A DNA stretch of 64,000 bases from Lachnospiraceae bacterium (GCA_024692825.1 JAILMB010000050.1:686-64685), one strand, 5' to 3'; shown: positions 19,476 through 30,119, counted from the stretch's first letter. Program-made: numbers and translations. The notes: a model not told the origin generated them from the sequence alone.

Positions 19476-20099
19476 ATGGAACGAGAAATATCGCAAGCCG
19501 TAATTCGCAGAATGCCTAGATACTATCGCTATTTAGGTGAATTATTGGATTCAAATGTGGAAAGAATTTCATCAAACGAGCTTTCAAAGTTAATGCATGT
19601 AACTGCGTCTCAAATTCGTCAGGATTTGAATAATTTTGGTGGATTTGGACAACAGGGCTATGGCTATAATGTAAAGTTTTTGCATGACGAGATCGGTAAG
19701 ATTTTAGGACTGAATCAGATGCACAATGTTATTCTTATTGGTGCAGGTAACTTAGGTCAGGCCATTGCAAACTATGTTAATTTCGAGAGATTGTCCTTTC
19801 GAATGATTGGATTATTTGATGTAAATGAAGCAAAAGTAGGTAAGACTGTAAGTGGTGTAGAAGTACATCATATGAGTGAATTGCAGGATTTTTTAATGAA
19901 TAATCGTGTAGATATTGCAGCTCTTACACTACCAAAGGATAATGCGGAAAAAGTTGCAGAAGAATTAGTAGAACTGGGAATTACCGCAATTTGGAATTTT
20001 GCCCATGTGGATTTGGAAGTTCCAGAAAATGTGGTGGTTCAGAACGTACATCTATCAGACAGTTTAATGCAACTTTCCTATAATATTACTCAGATTTAA
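19476..20099 (+). CDS. rex: Redox-sensing transcriptional repressor Rex
   Basis: 207 aa. N-terminal winged helix (RRMPRYYRYL, SSNELS...TASQIRQDL) and Rossmann motif GAGNLGQA. Confidence 0.93.
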   Translation: MEREISQAVIRRMPRYYRYLGELLDSNVERISSNELSKLMHVTASQIRQDLNNFGGFGQQGYGYNVKFLHDEIGKILGLNQMHNVILIGAGNLGQAIANYVNFERLSFRMIGLFDVNEAKVGKTVSGVEVHHMSELQDFLMNNRVDIAALTLPKDNAEKVAEELVELGITAIWNFAHVDLEVPENVVVQNVHLSDSLMQLSYNITQI

Positions 20100-20109
20100 G
20101 GAGTTTATT

Positions 20110-20823
20110 ATGGATGAGAAGCAATTTGTAGATGCCCTAAAAGCAAGGCATATTCCAACCTTAGTATTAGATCAAAAATGGCATCGGTTATTTGCCATTA
20201 GCGGCAAACCCGATAATATAAAGACCTTAGAAGTAGAGGAAAAGGAAATCCTTGTACGTCAGGGACATTTGAATCAGGAACTTCGTGAATTAAAGAAGAT
20301 TAAAAATGATTTAATGAAGGGTATTGTTGACAATATGGAAGGGGCTGATGCAAATAAAGCTACAGCTGAAAGTGAAAAGAAACTTTCCGACAACAAACGC
20401 CTTTTAAATGAAACAAATGATAAAATCGATGCAGACGAAGATGAGTTGATGGAGATTCCAAAGCTTCTAAAAGAGAAGAATGACGAACTTATGCTAGCCA
20501 CCATGAACTTTTGCTATGCCAGACTTCGTACCAACGCATCGGAAGCAAAAGAAATCACAGAGTGGATTACAAATGTTCGTATTGAATTAAAGAAGAACAT
20601 TATTAAAAAACAAAATCGTGAAATCAACAATAAGGAAATCTATTCTTACTTACATGATTTGTTTGGTAAAGATGTAATGCAGTTATTCGATGTTCATTAT
20701 GATGAGCAGGAACTTCCTATTGGTTCATCGCAGCCTGAGGTTTCTTCTACAGTTAAGAAGAAGGAAGAAAAAGAAGCAAACAAAGATCGTACTACGAACT
20801 TTGATGTAAAAAAAGAGGAATAA
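20110..20823 (+). CDS. Hypothetical coiled-coil protein with K/E-rich tail
   Basis: 237 aa ORF 10 nt after rex, with good coding appearance and predicted coiled coil. I do not recognise a family. Confidence 0.5.
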   Translation: MDEKQFVDALKARHIPTLVLDQKWHRLFAISGKPDNIKTLEVEEKEILVRQGHLNQELRELKKIKNDLMKGIVDNMEGADANKATAESEKKLSDNKRLLNETNDKIDADEDELMEIPKLLKEKNDELMLATMNFCYARLRTNASEAKEITEWITNVRIELKKNIIKKQNREINNKEIYSYLHDLFGKDVMQLFDVHYDEQELPIGSSQPEVSSTVKKKEEKEANKDRTTNFDVKKEE

Positions 20824-20837
20824 AATGGTATGATAGA

Positions 20838-20865
20838 AGTGTCTTGCAATGCAAGGCACTTTTTT
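20838..20865 (+). terminator. Intrinsic terminator after the rex-linked ORF
   Basis: 10-bp stem AGTGTCTTGC/GCAAGGCACT (one G-U pair), 3-nt loop, then TTTTT. Confidence 0.55.
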
Positions 20866-20878
20866 AAGGAGGAAGAGG

Positions 20879-22378
20879 ATGCAACACATTTTAAATGGAA
20901 AAGAAATGCACAGTTGCGACGAAACACTGATCAGGGAGTTTAAGGTGCCTTCTTTGGTGTTGATGGAAAAAGCAGCTCTTCGTGTGTATGACTATGTTTT
21001 ATCTCATTATACAAAAGAATCTATAATAGGAATTGTCTGTGGCCCTGGTAATAACGGAGCAGATGGATTGGCGGTAGGTCGATTACTGTTTGACGATGGC
21101 TATAATGTGAAGCTTTATTTATGCTGTGAAAAGGATAAATTTTCTTCGGATGAAAAGCGCCAATATGAAATGGCCCTCTCTTATGAGGTTCCGTTTTGCA
21201 GTGATATTTTGGAATTAAAAACAGCAGATGTGATTTTAGATGCCATTTTTGGTACCGGATTGAGCCGGGAAATTGACGGTCATTATAAGGAGGTAATCAC
21301 TACAATCAATGAGTTTTCAGGAGATAAGATTGCCATTGATATTCCAAGTGGTGTTTCTGCAGATGATGGAAAAATCCTAGGTTGTGCCATTAAATGCAAT
21401 GCTACAGTTACCTTTGCCTATTATAAACTTGGACAGTTACTATATCCCGGAAAAAGCTATTGTGGATCTGTAGAAAAGTATGATATTGGAATTTCAAAAC
21501 GAAGTTTCTCAGATAAAAAAATGGGTGTTTTGGCTCTTGATAAAGAAGATATTTCAAAACTGTACCCAAAGAGAGAGGGAGATTCTCATAAGGGGAGTTT
21601 TGGAAAAGTTCTGGTGGTAGCCGGTTCAAAAAACATGGCTGGAGCTGCGCTGTTTTGTGCAAAATCCTGCTATTTAATGGGAGCTGGATTAGTTAAGATT
21701 TATACAGAGGAATCCAATCGTCAAATCCTTCAAACTTCTTTGCCGGAGGCTTTGTTATGTACTTATGAGAACCGAATAAATGAAGATGAGTTAGAATCGG
21801 CTCTTGCCTGGGCAGATGTGGTGATACTTGGACCTGGCTTGTCGGAAGAAACACTTCAGTCTAAAATTGCAAAATTTGTATTGGATCATGTAGGCGGTCC
21901 CATGGTAGTGGATGCCGATGGACTAAACTATATTTCTAAACATAAAAACCTTTTGAAACGACCTCATATGGAAATGGTATTGACTCCTCATTTAGGAGAA
22001 ATGAGTCGTTTGATTGATGAGCCGGTTTCTTATATCAAGGAAAACAAACTATCTGTTTCCGAAGAGTTTTCTATTTACAACAATGTGGTACTTGCTCTAA
22101 AGGATGCAGTAACTATTACAGCAAGGCCTTATTTACAGAGCTTTATAAACATGTCAGGAAATAATGGAATGGCAACGGCAGGAAGTGGAGATGTATTGTC
22201 AGGAATGATTGGTGGACTCATGGCTCTTGGCATGAAGGGAGAAGATGCGGCACCTCTTGGAGTTTATCTCCATGGCTTATGCGGAGATGCTGCTGCAATA
22301 AAAAAAGGAAAAGCCTCCCTTATGGCTTCCGATATTTTAGAAGAGATTCCTTTTCTACTGAAGGAATTTGTATTATAA
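20879..22378 (+). CDS. nnr: Bifunctional NAD(P)H-hydrate repair enzyme (epimerase / ADP-dependent dehydratase)
   Basis: YjeF_N segment (CGPGNNGADG) plus carbohydrate-kinase-like C-terminus (GSGDVLSG). I prefer the start at ATG 20879, which has a GGAGGAAGAGG RBS. The tracked ORF start at 20849 lies inside the terminator hairpin. Confidence 0.88.
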   Translation: MQHILNGKEMHSCDETLIREFKVPSLVLMEKAALRVYDYVLSHYTKESIIGIVCGPGNNGADGLAVGRLLFDDGYNVKLYLCCEKDKFSSDEKRQYEMALSYEVPFCSDILELKTADVILDAIFGTGLSREIDGHYKEVITTINEFSGDKIAIDIPSGVSADDGKILGCAIKCNATVTFAYYKLGQLLYPGKSYCGSVEKYDIGISKRSFSDKKMGVLALDKEDISKLYPKREGDSHKGSFGKVLVVAGSKNMAGAALFCAKSCYLMGAGLVKIYTEESNRQILQTSLPEALLCTYENRINEDELESALAWADVVILGPGLSEETLQSKIAKFVLDHVGGPMVVDADGLNYISKHKNLLKRPHMEMVLTPHLGEMSRLIDEPVSYIKENKLSVSEEFSIYNNVVLALKDAVTITARPYLQSFINMSGNNGMATAGSGDVLSGMIGGLMALGMKGEDAAPLGVYLHGLCGDAAAIKKGKASLMASDILEEIPFLLKEFVL

Positions 22379-22418
22379 TTGTGGGTAATCTAAAAATTTA
22401 GTGTGAGGATACAGAATT

Positions 22419-23591
22419 ATGAAATATAATCGTGTTTACGCCAAGGTGGATTTGGATAATGTACTTTGGAATGTGAAACGCATGAAAGAACGATTAAAAG
22501 ACGAAACAAAAATTGTAGCTGTAATTAAGGCAGATGGCTATGGACATGGATGTGTACCCATTGCAGTTACACTAGAAGATGAAGATGATATTTGGGGGTT
22601 TGCTGTTGCAACTGCAGAAGAGGCAGTGGAACTTCGCAATGCTTCCATAAAAAAACCGATTTTAATTTTAGGATATTCTTTTGAGGATTCCTATGAAGAA
22701 CTTGTTAAAAATGATGTTTGTCCTACCATATTTACCTATGATATGGCAAAAAAATACTCCGATTGTGGAGTGAAACTAAATAAGTATGTAAAATGTCATA
22801 TTAAGATTGATACGGGCATGAGCCGTATCGGTTATCAGGTGTGCAAAGAGTCAGTTGATGAAATCAAAAAAATAGCTGCTTTGCCAAACATTTTGATGGA
22901 TGGAATCTTTACTCATTTTGCAAGATCCGATGAAAAGGATAAACATTCTACGGATGAGCAGTTTGAGAAGTTTATGTCTATGGTGGATGCCTTAGAAAAA
23001 GAAGGTGTGACATTTAAGAATCGCCATTGCGCCAACTCTGCAGCCATCTTGGAATACCCAAAGGCCAGTTTGGATTTAGCCAGAGCCGGGATTATTCTCT
23101 ATGGACTTTGGCCTTCCGATGAAGTGGTTCGAGATATCGATTTAAAACCTGCTTTATCTTTATATTCCCATGTTGTTCATATTAAAACCTTAGAAAAAGG
23201 TCGATGCATCAGTTATGGTGGAACCGTTACTTTGGAAAAAGATACGGTTGTAGCTACTATTCCTGTGGGATATGCTGACGGATATTGTAGAGGTTTATCA
23301 TCAAAGGGATATGTTTTGATCCGTGGGAAAAAAGCCCCTATTTTAGGCCGAGTATGCATGGATCAGTTCATGGTAGATGTATCAGATATTGAAGGCGTAA
23401 GCGTACTAGATCAAGTGGTTCTTGTTGGAAAGGATGGTAAGGAAGAGATTACCTTAGAAGAACTTGGAGAGTTGTCTGGCAGATTCAATTACGAATTTGC
23501 GTGCGATTTGGGAATGCGTATTCCACGCTTGTATTATAGAAACGGAGAATTAGTGGAAATCAAAGGCTATCAGTCCTTTGATCAAATGTAA
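22419..23591 (+). CDS. alr: Alanine racemase
   Basis: 390 aa. PLP-lysine motif AVIKADGYGHG and C-terminal MDQFMVD. Confidence 0.93.
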   Translation: MKYNRVYAKVDLDNVLWNVKRMKERLKDETKIVAVIKADGYGHGCVPIAVTLEDEDDIWGFAVATAEEAVELRNASIKKPILILGYSFEDSYEELVKNDVCPTIFTYDMAKKYSDCGVKLNKYVKCHIKIDTGMSRIGYQVCKESVDEIKKIAALPNILMDGIFTHFARSDEKDKHSTDEQFEKFMSMVDALEKEGVTFKNRHCANSAAILEYPKASLDLARAGIILYGLWPSDEVVRDIDLKPALSLYSHVVHIKTLEKGRCISYGGTVTLEKDTVVATIPVGYADGYCRGLSSKGYVLIRGKKAPILGRVCMDQFMVDVSDIEGVSVLDQVVLVGKDGKEEITLEELGELSGRFNYEFACDLGMRIPRLYYRNGELVEIKGYQSFDQM

Positions 23592-23605
23592 ATCGGAGGA
23601 AGATT

Positions 23606-24913
23606 ATGTTGCCTGGGATATGCGGCTTAGTAATAGTGATTGTGTTTGCACTTCAGATTATTTCAAGTCTGTTTTATTTTACTGTGGACGAATTAAACGA
23701 TACAGATTTTTCTGAAGATGATGAAAATAAGACTTACTATGATTACTACACAGATGATTATTTTAAAGTTAAAGGTACTTTTTTATCCGTAGTAATCACA
23801 GGGGTGTTTGCATCAGGCCTTTCTGTTTATTTTATATGGAAATTTATTGAGTCCCACATTGTAGCAAGTCATATGCATTACTTGTTATTGTATTGTCTAT
23901 TTGTAGGAGTTCTTTATATTTTATATTTAGGGGTGGGAATTTTTGTCCCGTATCACCTGTCATCAAAAGACGCCAAAAAAGTTTTTTTAAAATTAAAGAA
24001 ATGGTATTGGGGAATTGAGACTGTATTTTCTCCTATGAGAGTAATTGCAAATGGTATTTCCATACCGGTTTCCATTCTTTTTGGTGTGGATCCCAGAAAA
24101 GAAATTGATGATGTTACAGAAGAAGATGTTATCGATTTGATCAATGAAGGTCATGAACAGGGAGTGTTTAAGGCTTCCGAAGCTACTATGATTCAAAACA
24201 TTTTTGAATTTGATGATAAAATAGCAAGAGACATTATGATCAATCGTAAAAACGTCTGCGCCTTAGATGGAGATGGCACCTTAAAGGATGCCATTCGTTT
24301 CTTCAATGATAACCATTATTCAAGAATTCCTGTCTATATTGAGGATTTAGATCATATTATTGGAATTATCCATATGAAGGAGATATTAAAATACTCCTCC
24401 AGAACAGATTTGTATAATCGAAAGATTCGGGATTTAGCAGATATTATGTATACTCCTGAATTTGTCCCCGAGACCCATGGAATTCATACGCTGTTTACCC
24501 AGATGCAGTTGTCTAAGAGTCATTTGATTGTAGTAGTAGACGAATATGGTCAGATGTCAGGGATTGTCTCAATGGAAGATATCCTAGAGGAAATCGTGGG
24601 TAATATCGAAGATGAACATGATGTAGAAGATGAAAGCGTACTTGAATTACCAAAGGACGAGTACTTAATGCATGGTTCTACGGATATGGATGAGGTTATG
24701 GAAAAACTAAACCTTTCCATAGACGACTGTGAGTTTGAAACCTTAAACGGTTTTTTGACCAACTTATTGGGAGAAGTCCCAAAGGATGGCGAAAAATATG
24801 AGATTTCATACGAAAACTATTTATTCCATGTCTTAGGCGTGGAGAATAAAATCGTGACAGATGTTCGAGTTTGCCCTCTGGAAGAGGGAAGTTGTCTTGA
24901 ACAAGATGTCTAA
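23606..24913 (+). CDS. CNNM/DUF21-CBS-CorC_HlyC family membrane protein (hemolysin-family, putative Mg/Co efflux-related)
   Basis: 435 aa. N-terminal TM domain, CBS pair (IMINRKNV..., HLIVVVDEYGQMSGIVSMEDILEEIVG) and C-terminal CorC domain. Confidence 0.85.
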   Translation: MLPGICGLVIVIVFALQIISSLFYFTVDELNDTDFSEDDENKTYYDYYTDDYFKVKGTFLSVVITGVFASGLSVYFIWKFIESHIVASHMHYLLLYCLFVGVLYILYLGVGIFVPYHLSSKDAKKVFLKLKKWYWGIETVFSPMRVIANGISIPVSILFGVDPRKEIDDVTEEDVIDLINEGHEQGVFKASEATMIQNIFEFDDKIARDIMINRKNVCALDGDGTLKDAIRFFNDNHYSRIPVYIEDLDHIIGIIHMKEILKYSSRTDLYNRKIRDLADIMYTPEFVPETHGIHTLFTQMQLSKSHLIVVVDEYGQMSGIVSMEDILEEIVGNIEDEHDVEDESVLELPKDEYLMHGSTDMDEVMEKLNLSIDDCEFETLNGFLTNLLGEVPKDGEKYEISYENYLFHVLGVENKIVTDVRVCPLEEGSCLEQDV

Positions 24914-24956
24914 AAATGATAGAATTTTAAAAGAGAAAGATGAAGGAGATTAAAAA

Positions 24957-25685
24957 ATGTCAGGACATTCAAAGTTTGCCAATATTAAGCATAAGAAAGA
25001 GAAAAACGATGCGGCAAAAGGAAAGATTTTTACCATTATAGGAAGAGAAATTGCAGTAGCAGTTAAAGAAGGTGGTCCAGATCCAGAAAATAACAGTCGT
25101 CTTCGCGATGTAATTGCAAAGGCAAAATCCAATAACATGCCAAACGATACCATTGAAAGAGGTATCAAAAAGGCTGCAGGTGATATGGGTTCTGTTAATT
25201 ACGAATCTGTTACCTATGAAGGATATGGTCCTAGCGGAACTGCTATTATTGTTAAGGCACTTACAGATAATAAAAACCGTACAGCAGCCAATGTTAGAAA
25301 CTGCTTTACAAAAGGTCACGGCAGCATTGGTACACAGGGCTGTGTATCTTACATGTTCGATGAAAAGGGACAGATTATCGTTGCAAAAGAAGATTGTGAT
25401 TTGGATGCAGACGATTTAATGATGATGGCTTTAGATGCTGGAGCAGAAGACTTTAATGAAGAAGAAGACAGCTTCGAGATCTTGACTGCACCAGAAGATT
25501 TTTCAGCTGTTCGTGAAGCATTAGAAAAAGAGAATATCAAGATGGCTGATGCGGAAGTTACTATGCTTCCTCAGACTTATGTAACTCTTGATGATGAAGA
25601 AGATATCACTTGCATCAATCGTATTCTTGACTTATTAGATGAAGACGATGATGTTCAGGAAGTATTCCATAATTGGGATGAATAA
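24957..25685 (+). CDS. yebC: YebC/PmpR family DNA-binding transcriptional regulator
   Basis: 242 aa. The [14 protein letters not shown] start is diagnostic of the family. Confidence 0.93.
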   Translation: MSGHSKFANIKHKKEKNDAAKGKIFTIIGREIAVAVKEGGPDPENNSRLRDVIAKAKSNNMPNDTIERGIKKAAGDMGSVNYESVTYEGYGPSGTAIIVKALTDNKNRTAANVRNCFTKGHGSIGTQGCVSYMFDEKGQIIVAKEDCDLDADDLMMMALDAGAEDFNEEEDSFEILTAPEDFSAVREALEKENIKMADAEVTMLPQTYVTLDDEEDITCINRILDLLDEDDDVQEVFHNWDE

Positions 25686-25709
25686 TTTAGTTTAATGGAG
25701 AAGGGGATA

Positions 25710-27161
25710 ATGAGAAAGATTCTATTTGCAGCCAGTGAGTGTGTTCCATTTGTTAAAACCGGTGGATTAGCCGACGTCGTTGGAGCACTTCCCAAAGAAT
25801 TCTTTAAAGAGGATTGGGATATTCGTGTAGTAATGCCAAATTATACATGCATACCACCAGAGTATCGTGATAATTTTAGATTTGTAACCAGTTTTAATTT
25901 AGGCATGGGCCCGTTTATAGGTGAAAAGTACTGTGGAGTTATGGAGTACGAATACCAGGGCATTACCTATTACTTTATTGATAATCTAGAGTATTTTGAA
26001 TGCTTTTATCCATACGGTGATATGCGCTACGATATGGAGAAGTTCACATATTTTGATAAGGCTGTTTTATCCATGCTTCCGCTGGTAAATTTCCAACCGG
26101 ATTTGATTCACTGTCATGATTGGCAGACAGGCTTAATCCCTGTTTATTTAAAAACTGAGTTTCAGGCAAATCCGTTCTTCTGGAATATGAAGAGTATTAT
26201 GACTATTCACAACCTTAAATTCCAGGGCGTATGGGATGTAAAGACCTTACAGGGATTGTCAGGATTGCCAATGGAGTTGTTTACTCCGGATAAGCTTGAA
26301 TACAATAAGACCGGTAATATGCTTAAAGGCGGATTGGTTTATGCAGACTACATTACCACCGTTAGTGGTACTTACGCAGATGAAATTCAGACTCCATACT
26401 ATGGAGAGGGCTTAGATGGATTGTTAGGATCTCGTCACTTTGATATGCAGGGTATTATCAATGGAATAGATTATGAATCATATAACCCGGCTACGGATCC
26501 AAAGCTCTATAAGAACTACGATTTAGCTTCCTTTAGAAAGAACAAAAAAATCAATAAAGAACGTCTTCAGGAAGATTTGGATTTGTGTATCGATCCAAAG
26601 AAGTATATGATTGGTCTGGTTTCTAGATTGACAGATCAAAAGGGACTGGATTTGATCAATTACTGTATGGAAGGAATTGTGGATGACAATACTCAGTTGG
26701 TTGTCATTGGTACCGGTGAAAGCAGATATGAAAATATGTTCCGTCACTATGCTTGGAAGTATCCGGATCGTGTTTCCGCAAATATTTGTTATTCTGATGA
26801 TTTGGCAAGAAAGTTGTATGCTGCGGCAGATGCTTTCTTAATGCCTTCTAGATTTGAACCATGTGGTTTGACTCAGCTGATTTCATTCCGATATGGAACA
26901 GTTCCAATCGTTAGAGAAACAGGCGGTTTAAAGGACACAGTAGTTGCTTATAATGAGTATGAACATACGGGGGACGGATTCTCATTCTGCAATTACAATG
27001 GTGATGAGATGTTAAACACCATTAATTATTCAAAGTACATTTACTTTGAAAAGAAAGTTCAATGGAATAAGATGGTGGAGAGAGGAATGCAAAAAGATTA
27101 TTCCTGGTCCGCTTCAAAGTTCCAATATGAAGGTTTATACAAATATTTAATTGGATTTTAA
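25710..27161 (+). CDS. glgA: Glycogen synthase (ADP-glucose type)
   Basis: The start MRKILFAASECVPFVKTGGLADV is the typical GlgA N-terminus, with a GGAGAAGGGG RBS upstream. The tracked ORF begins 15 nt earlier, at 25695. Confidence 0.93.
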   Translation: MRKILFAASECVPFVKTGGLADVVGALPKEFFKEDWDIRVVMPNYTCIPPEYRDNFRFVTSFNLGMGPFIGEKYCGVMEYEYQGITYYFIDNLEYFECFYPYGDMRYDMEKFTYFDKAVLSMLPLVNFQPDLIHCHDWQTGLIPVYLKTEFQANPFFWNMKSIMTIHNLKFQGVWDVKTLQGLSGLPMELFTPDKLEYNKTGNMLKGGLVYADYITTVSGTYADEIQTPYYGEGLDGLLGSRHFDMQGIINGIDYESYNPATDPKLYKNYDLASFRKNKKINKERLQEDLDLCIDPKKYMIGLVSRLTDQKGLDLINYCMEGIVDDNTQLVVIGTGESRYENMFRHYAWKYPDRVSANICYSDDLARKLYAAADAFLMPSRFEPCGLTQLISFRYGTVPIVRETGGLKDTVVAYNEYEHTGDGFSFCNYNGDEMLNTINYSKYIYFEKKVQWNKMVERGMQKDYSWSASKFQYEGLYKYLIGF

Positions 27162-27170
27162 ATCATAAAA

Positions 27171-27199
27171 AGGGGTTGCTTAGGCAACCTCTTTTTTTT
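27171..27199 (+). terminator. Intrinsic terminator after glgA
   Basis: 9-bp stem AGGGGTTGC/GCAACCTCT, loop TTAG, followed by TTTTTTT. Confidence 0.75.
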
Positions 27200-27254
27200 A
27201 TCGACATCTAGTTGCTAAAAATTGTTAAAGTACAATATTTTGTGTTTTTTCATA

Positions 27255-27283
27255 ATGACTTTTATGGGTATTTATGGTATATT
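27255..27283 (+). promoter_or_regulatory. Candidate promoter for ftsK
   Basis: ATGACT (weak -35), 17-nt spacer, extended -10 TGgTATATT (27275-27283). Confidence 0.35.
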
Positions 27284-27352
27284 AGTCACGGTAAAGTTTG
27301 CTATTTTGGGATGATATGGCCAAACATAAATTTTAGATAAGGAAGAGTATAG

Positions 27353-30088
27353 ATGGCAACCCAAACAAAAGGGAAAAAGAGTAATAATTCAAAAAAGAAA
27401 ACAACCACAACGAAAAAAACAGCTGGTAAACAGACAGGAAAGAAACAAAGTCCTAGAACAGCTGCGTCAAAAAAGAATGTGGAAGTACAGGCTGCCAATA
27501 GTGTAGTTTCATCAGAAGTGATTCTATGGGTGACACTTGGAGCCAGCGTATTATTGTTTTTAGGGGATTTAGGCTTTGGAGGAATTGTAGGCGATACAGT
27601 CAGTCGATTTTTCTTTGGCCTTTTTGGTGTACTTTCCTATATTTTCCCCTTTGCACTTATTTATTGTGTTTTCTTTTTGGTATCAAATAAAGAAAACCAG
27701 GTTGCAGTGGCAAAGGTAGTGTCTGCTGTATTTTTATTTTTGTTTTTAATTACCTTTGTGGATTTAATGCTTCGAAAAGAAAATGTAATTGCTCCTTCTC
27801 TGGCCTATTTATATGGATATGAGAATAAGAGTGGAGGAGGCTTCTTTGGAGGAGCCCTGGCTTTTACTTTGGTTAGAGGATTTGGTTTAGTAGGCGCTTA
27901 TGTAATCGATGTCATTGGAATGATTATTTCCATTGTGTTGATTACAGAAAAATCAGCGTTTAAATTCCTTGAGAATAAATCAAAACATCAAAAGATTCGC
28001 AATGAAATGCGCCGAAAAGAAAAACAAAAACAACGAGAATTACGGCGTCAGGAAATTATGCGGGAAAAGGAAGAGCGGCAAAGAGAGGCTGCTTTAGCCA
28101 AAAAGAATGAAGAGAAAAAGCCTCGGGTTCAAATGAAATCAGAGGGAGTTAGTTTTTCTACAAAAATTGAAGAAAAAACCGGTTCTTCTGACGACATGAA
28201 TGAGCTTAATATTAATATTTACAATGCTTCTTCAGAAGTGGAAGAAGTGAACCGTGTACCACTTACATCCAATACACCTTCGAAATCTACTATTACTCAG
28301 GAAGCGGGTTCTAATAACAGCACTTTGGGGAATGCAGATAAAGATGTAACGGAACACTTCGAAGAAGAAAGACCGGTAGAAGCAAAACCTGTGTCAGAGC
28401 CAAAGATTCATATGGCAGAACCGGTAGAAATTAAAACCGTAGATGAGACACCGGAGGTTTCTCAAGAAGAAGCTGTCTCTATGAATTCTTCTAATGTGGC
28501 ATCTCGACCAAGATCTACAAAAGAAACAAGAGCGGAAGCAGAGACAGAGGCAAATAAGGTTTCAGATGAAATCGCCAGCAAAAAAACAGAAGTGAAGAAA
28601 GAGTATGTTTTCCCAACTGTGGATTTATTAAATCCTCCAAAGGGTGGCGGTTCTAAGAATACGAGAGAAGTGTTACAGGAAACTGCTACGAAACTGGAAG
28701 ACACTCTTCGTAACTTTGGCGTAAATGTTACAGTTACAGATGTAAGCTGTGGACCTGCTGTTACAAGATATGAACTACAGCCGGAAACCGGTGTAAAGGT
28801 TTCTCGAATTACAAATTTGGCAGATGATATAAAGCTGAATCTTGCAGCTACAGATATTCGTATTGAAGCTCCAATTCCCGGCAAATCTGCTGTTGGTATT
28901 GAAGTGCCAAATAAAGAGGCAGTTATGGTTACCATTCGTGAACTTATGGAATCTAGTGAATTCCATAAAGCAAAGTCTAAAATTGCCTTTGCTGCAGGTA
29001 GAGATATTGGTGGAAACGTTATTATTTCAGACATTGGTAAAATGCCACACTTATTAATTGCAGGTTCTACGGGATCTGGTAAATCTGTTTGTATTAATAC
29101 CATCATTATGAGTATCCTATTTAAGGCGTCTCCAGATGAAGTAAAACTCATTATGATTGATCCAAAGGTGGTAGAGTTATCTGTTTATAACGGAATCCCA
29201 CATCTATTGATTCCTGTTGTTACAGATCCGAAAAAGGCAGCCGGAGCCCTCCATTGGGCAGTTAGTGAAATGACAGATCGTTATCAAAAGTTTGCTGAGG
29301 CTGGCGTAAGAGATATGGCTGGCTTTAATGCAAAGATTAAAAATGGTCAAATCACTTTGGCAAATGGAGATAAAACTGAGGCGGAGAAAATGCCTCAGAT
29401 TGTAGTTATCGTAGATGAGTTGGCAGATCTTATGATGGTTTCTTCCAAAGAAGTGGAAGAGGCAATCTGTCGTTTGGCTCAATTGGCAAGAGCGGCCGGT
29501 ATTCATTTGATTATTGCAACACAACGTCCATCTGTTAACGTTATTACAGGATTGATTAAGGCCAATATGCCTTCTCGAGTTGCTTTTGCAGTTACATCAG
29601 GTGTAGATTCTAGAACCATCCTTGATATGGTAGGAGCAGAAAAACTCCTTGGAAAAGGTGATATGCTTTATTATCCACAAGGATTTACCAAGCCTCTTCG
29701 TGTACAGGGTGCCTTTGTTTCTGATGGTGAGGTATCGAAGGTTGTTTCATTTATAAAAGATCATATGGGTGAGTCTACTTACGATGATTCCATTCAAAGT
29801 AAGATTGATTCTTCTGCCAGTTCGGATTCGCCAAGCTCTGCTTTTTCAAATGATGGAGATGGTGATGATAAAGATACTTATTTTGCTGATGCAGCAAGGC
29901 TGATTATCGAAAAGGAAAAAGGTTCTATCGGTATGTTACAGCGTAATTTTAAAATTGGATTTAATAGAGCTGCTCGTATTATGGATCAGTTGGAAGATGC
30001 TGGAATTGTTGGTCCAGAGGAGGGTACAAAACCAAGAAAGGTTTTGGTTACTTTGGATCAGTTAAATGATATGGTTTCAGGTATGTAA
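27353..30088 (+). CDS. ftsK: DNA translocase FtsK/SpoIIIE
   Basis: 911 aa. K/T-rich N-terminus, 4 TM segments, long charged low-complexity linker, motor domain (Walker A GSTGSGKS, VVIVDELADLM) and C-terminal gamma winged helix. Confidence 0.93.
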   Translation: MATQTKGKKSNNSKKKTTTTKKTAGKQTGKKQSPRTAASKKNVEVQAANSVVSSEVILWVTLGASVLLFLGDLGFGGIVGDTVSRFFFGLFGVLSYIFPFALIYCVFFLVSNKENQVAVAKVVSAVFLFLFLITFVDLMLRKENVIAPSLAYLYGYENKSGGGFFGGALAFTLVRGFGLVGAYVIDVIGMIISIVLITEKSAFKFLENKSKHQKIRNEMRRKEKQKQRELRRQEIMREKEERQREAALAKKNEEKKPRVQMKSEGVSFSTKIEEKTGSSDDMNELNINIYNASSEVEEVNRVPLTSNTPSKSTITQEAGSNNSTLGNADKDVTEHFEEERPVEAKPVSEPKIHMAEPVEIKTVDETPEVSQEEAVSMNSSNVASRPRSTKETRAEAETEANKVSDEIASKKTEVKKEYVFPTVDLLNPPKGGGSKNTREVLQETATKLEDTLRNFGVNVTVTDVSCGPAVTRYELQPETGVKVSRITNLADDIKLNLAATDIRIEAPIPGKSAVGIEVPNKEAVMVTIRELMESSEFHKAKSKIAFAAGRDIGGNVIISDIGKMPHLLIAGSTGSGKSVCINTIIMSILFKASPDEVKLIMIDPKVVELSVYNGIPHLLIPVVTDPKKAAGALHWAVSEMTDRYQKFAEAGVRDMAGFNAKIKNGQITLANGDKTEAEKMPQIVVIVDELADLMMVSSKEVEEAICRLAQLARAAGIHLIIATQRPSVNVITGLIKANMPSRVAFAVTSGVDSRTILDMVGAEKLLGKGDMLYYPQGFTKPLRVQGAFVSDGEVSKVVSFIKDHMGESTYDDSIQSKIDSSASSDSPSSAFSNDGDGDDKDTYFADAARLIIEKEKGSIGMLQRNFKIGFNRAARIMDQLEDAGIVGPEEGTKPRKVLVTLDQLNDMVSGM

Positions 30089-30119
30089 TTGTAGTAAGTG
30101 AAAAAAGGAGACAGACATC

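Noticed and set aside
20849-20878. Upstream in-frame ATG extending nnr by 10 codons
   Set aside because: It lies within the terminator hairpin and has no RBS. The ATG at 20879 has a strong GGAGG-type RBS.
28462-29151. 229-aa antisense ORF inside ftsK
   Set aside because: It lies opposite the well-supported FtsK motor and linker coding region. The translation is Ser/Thr/Phe-rich low complexity, typical of a shadow ORF, and it has no start context.
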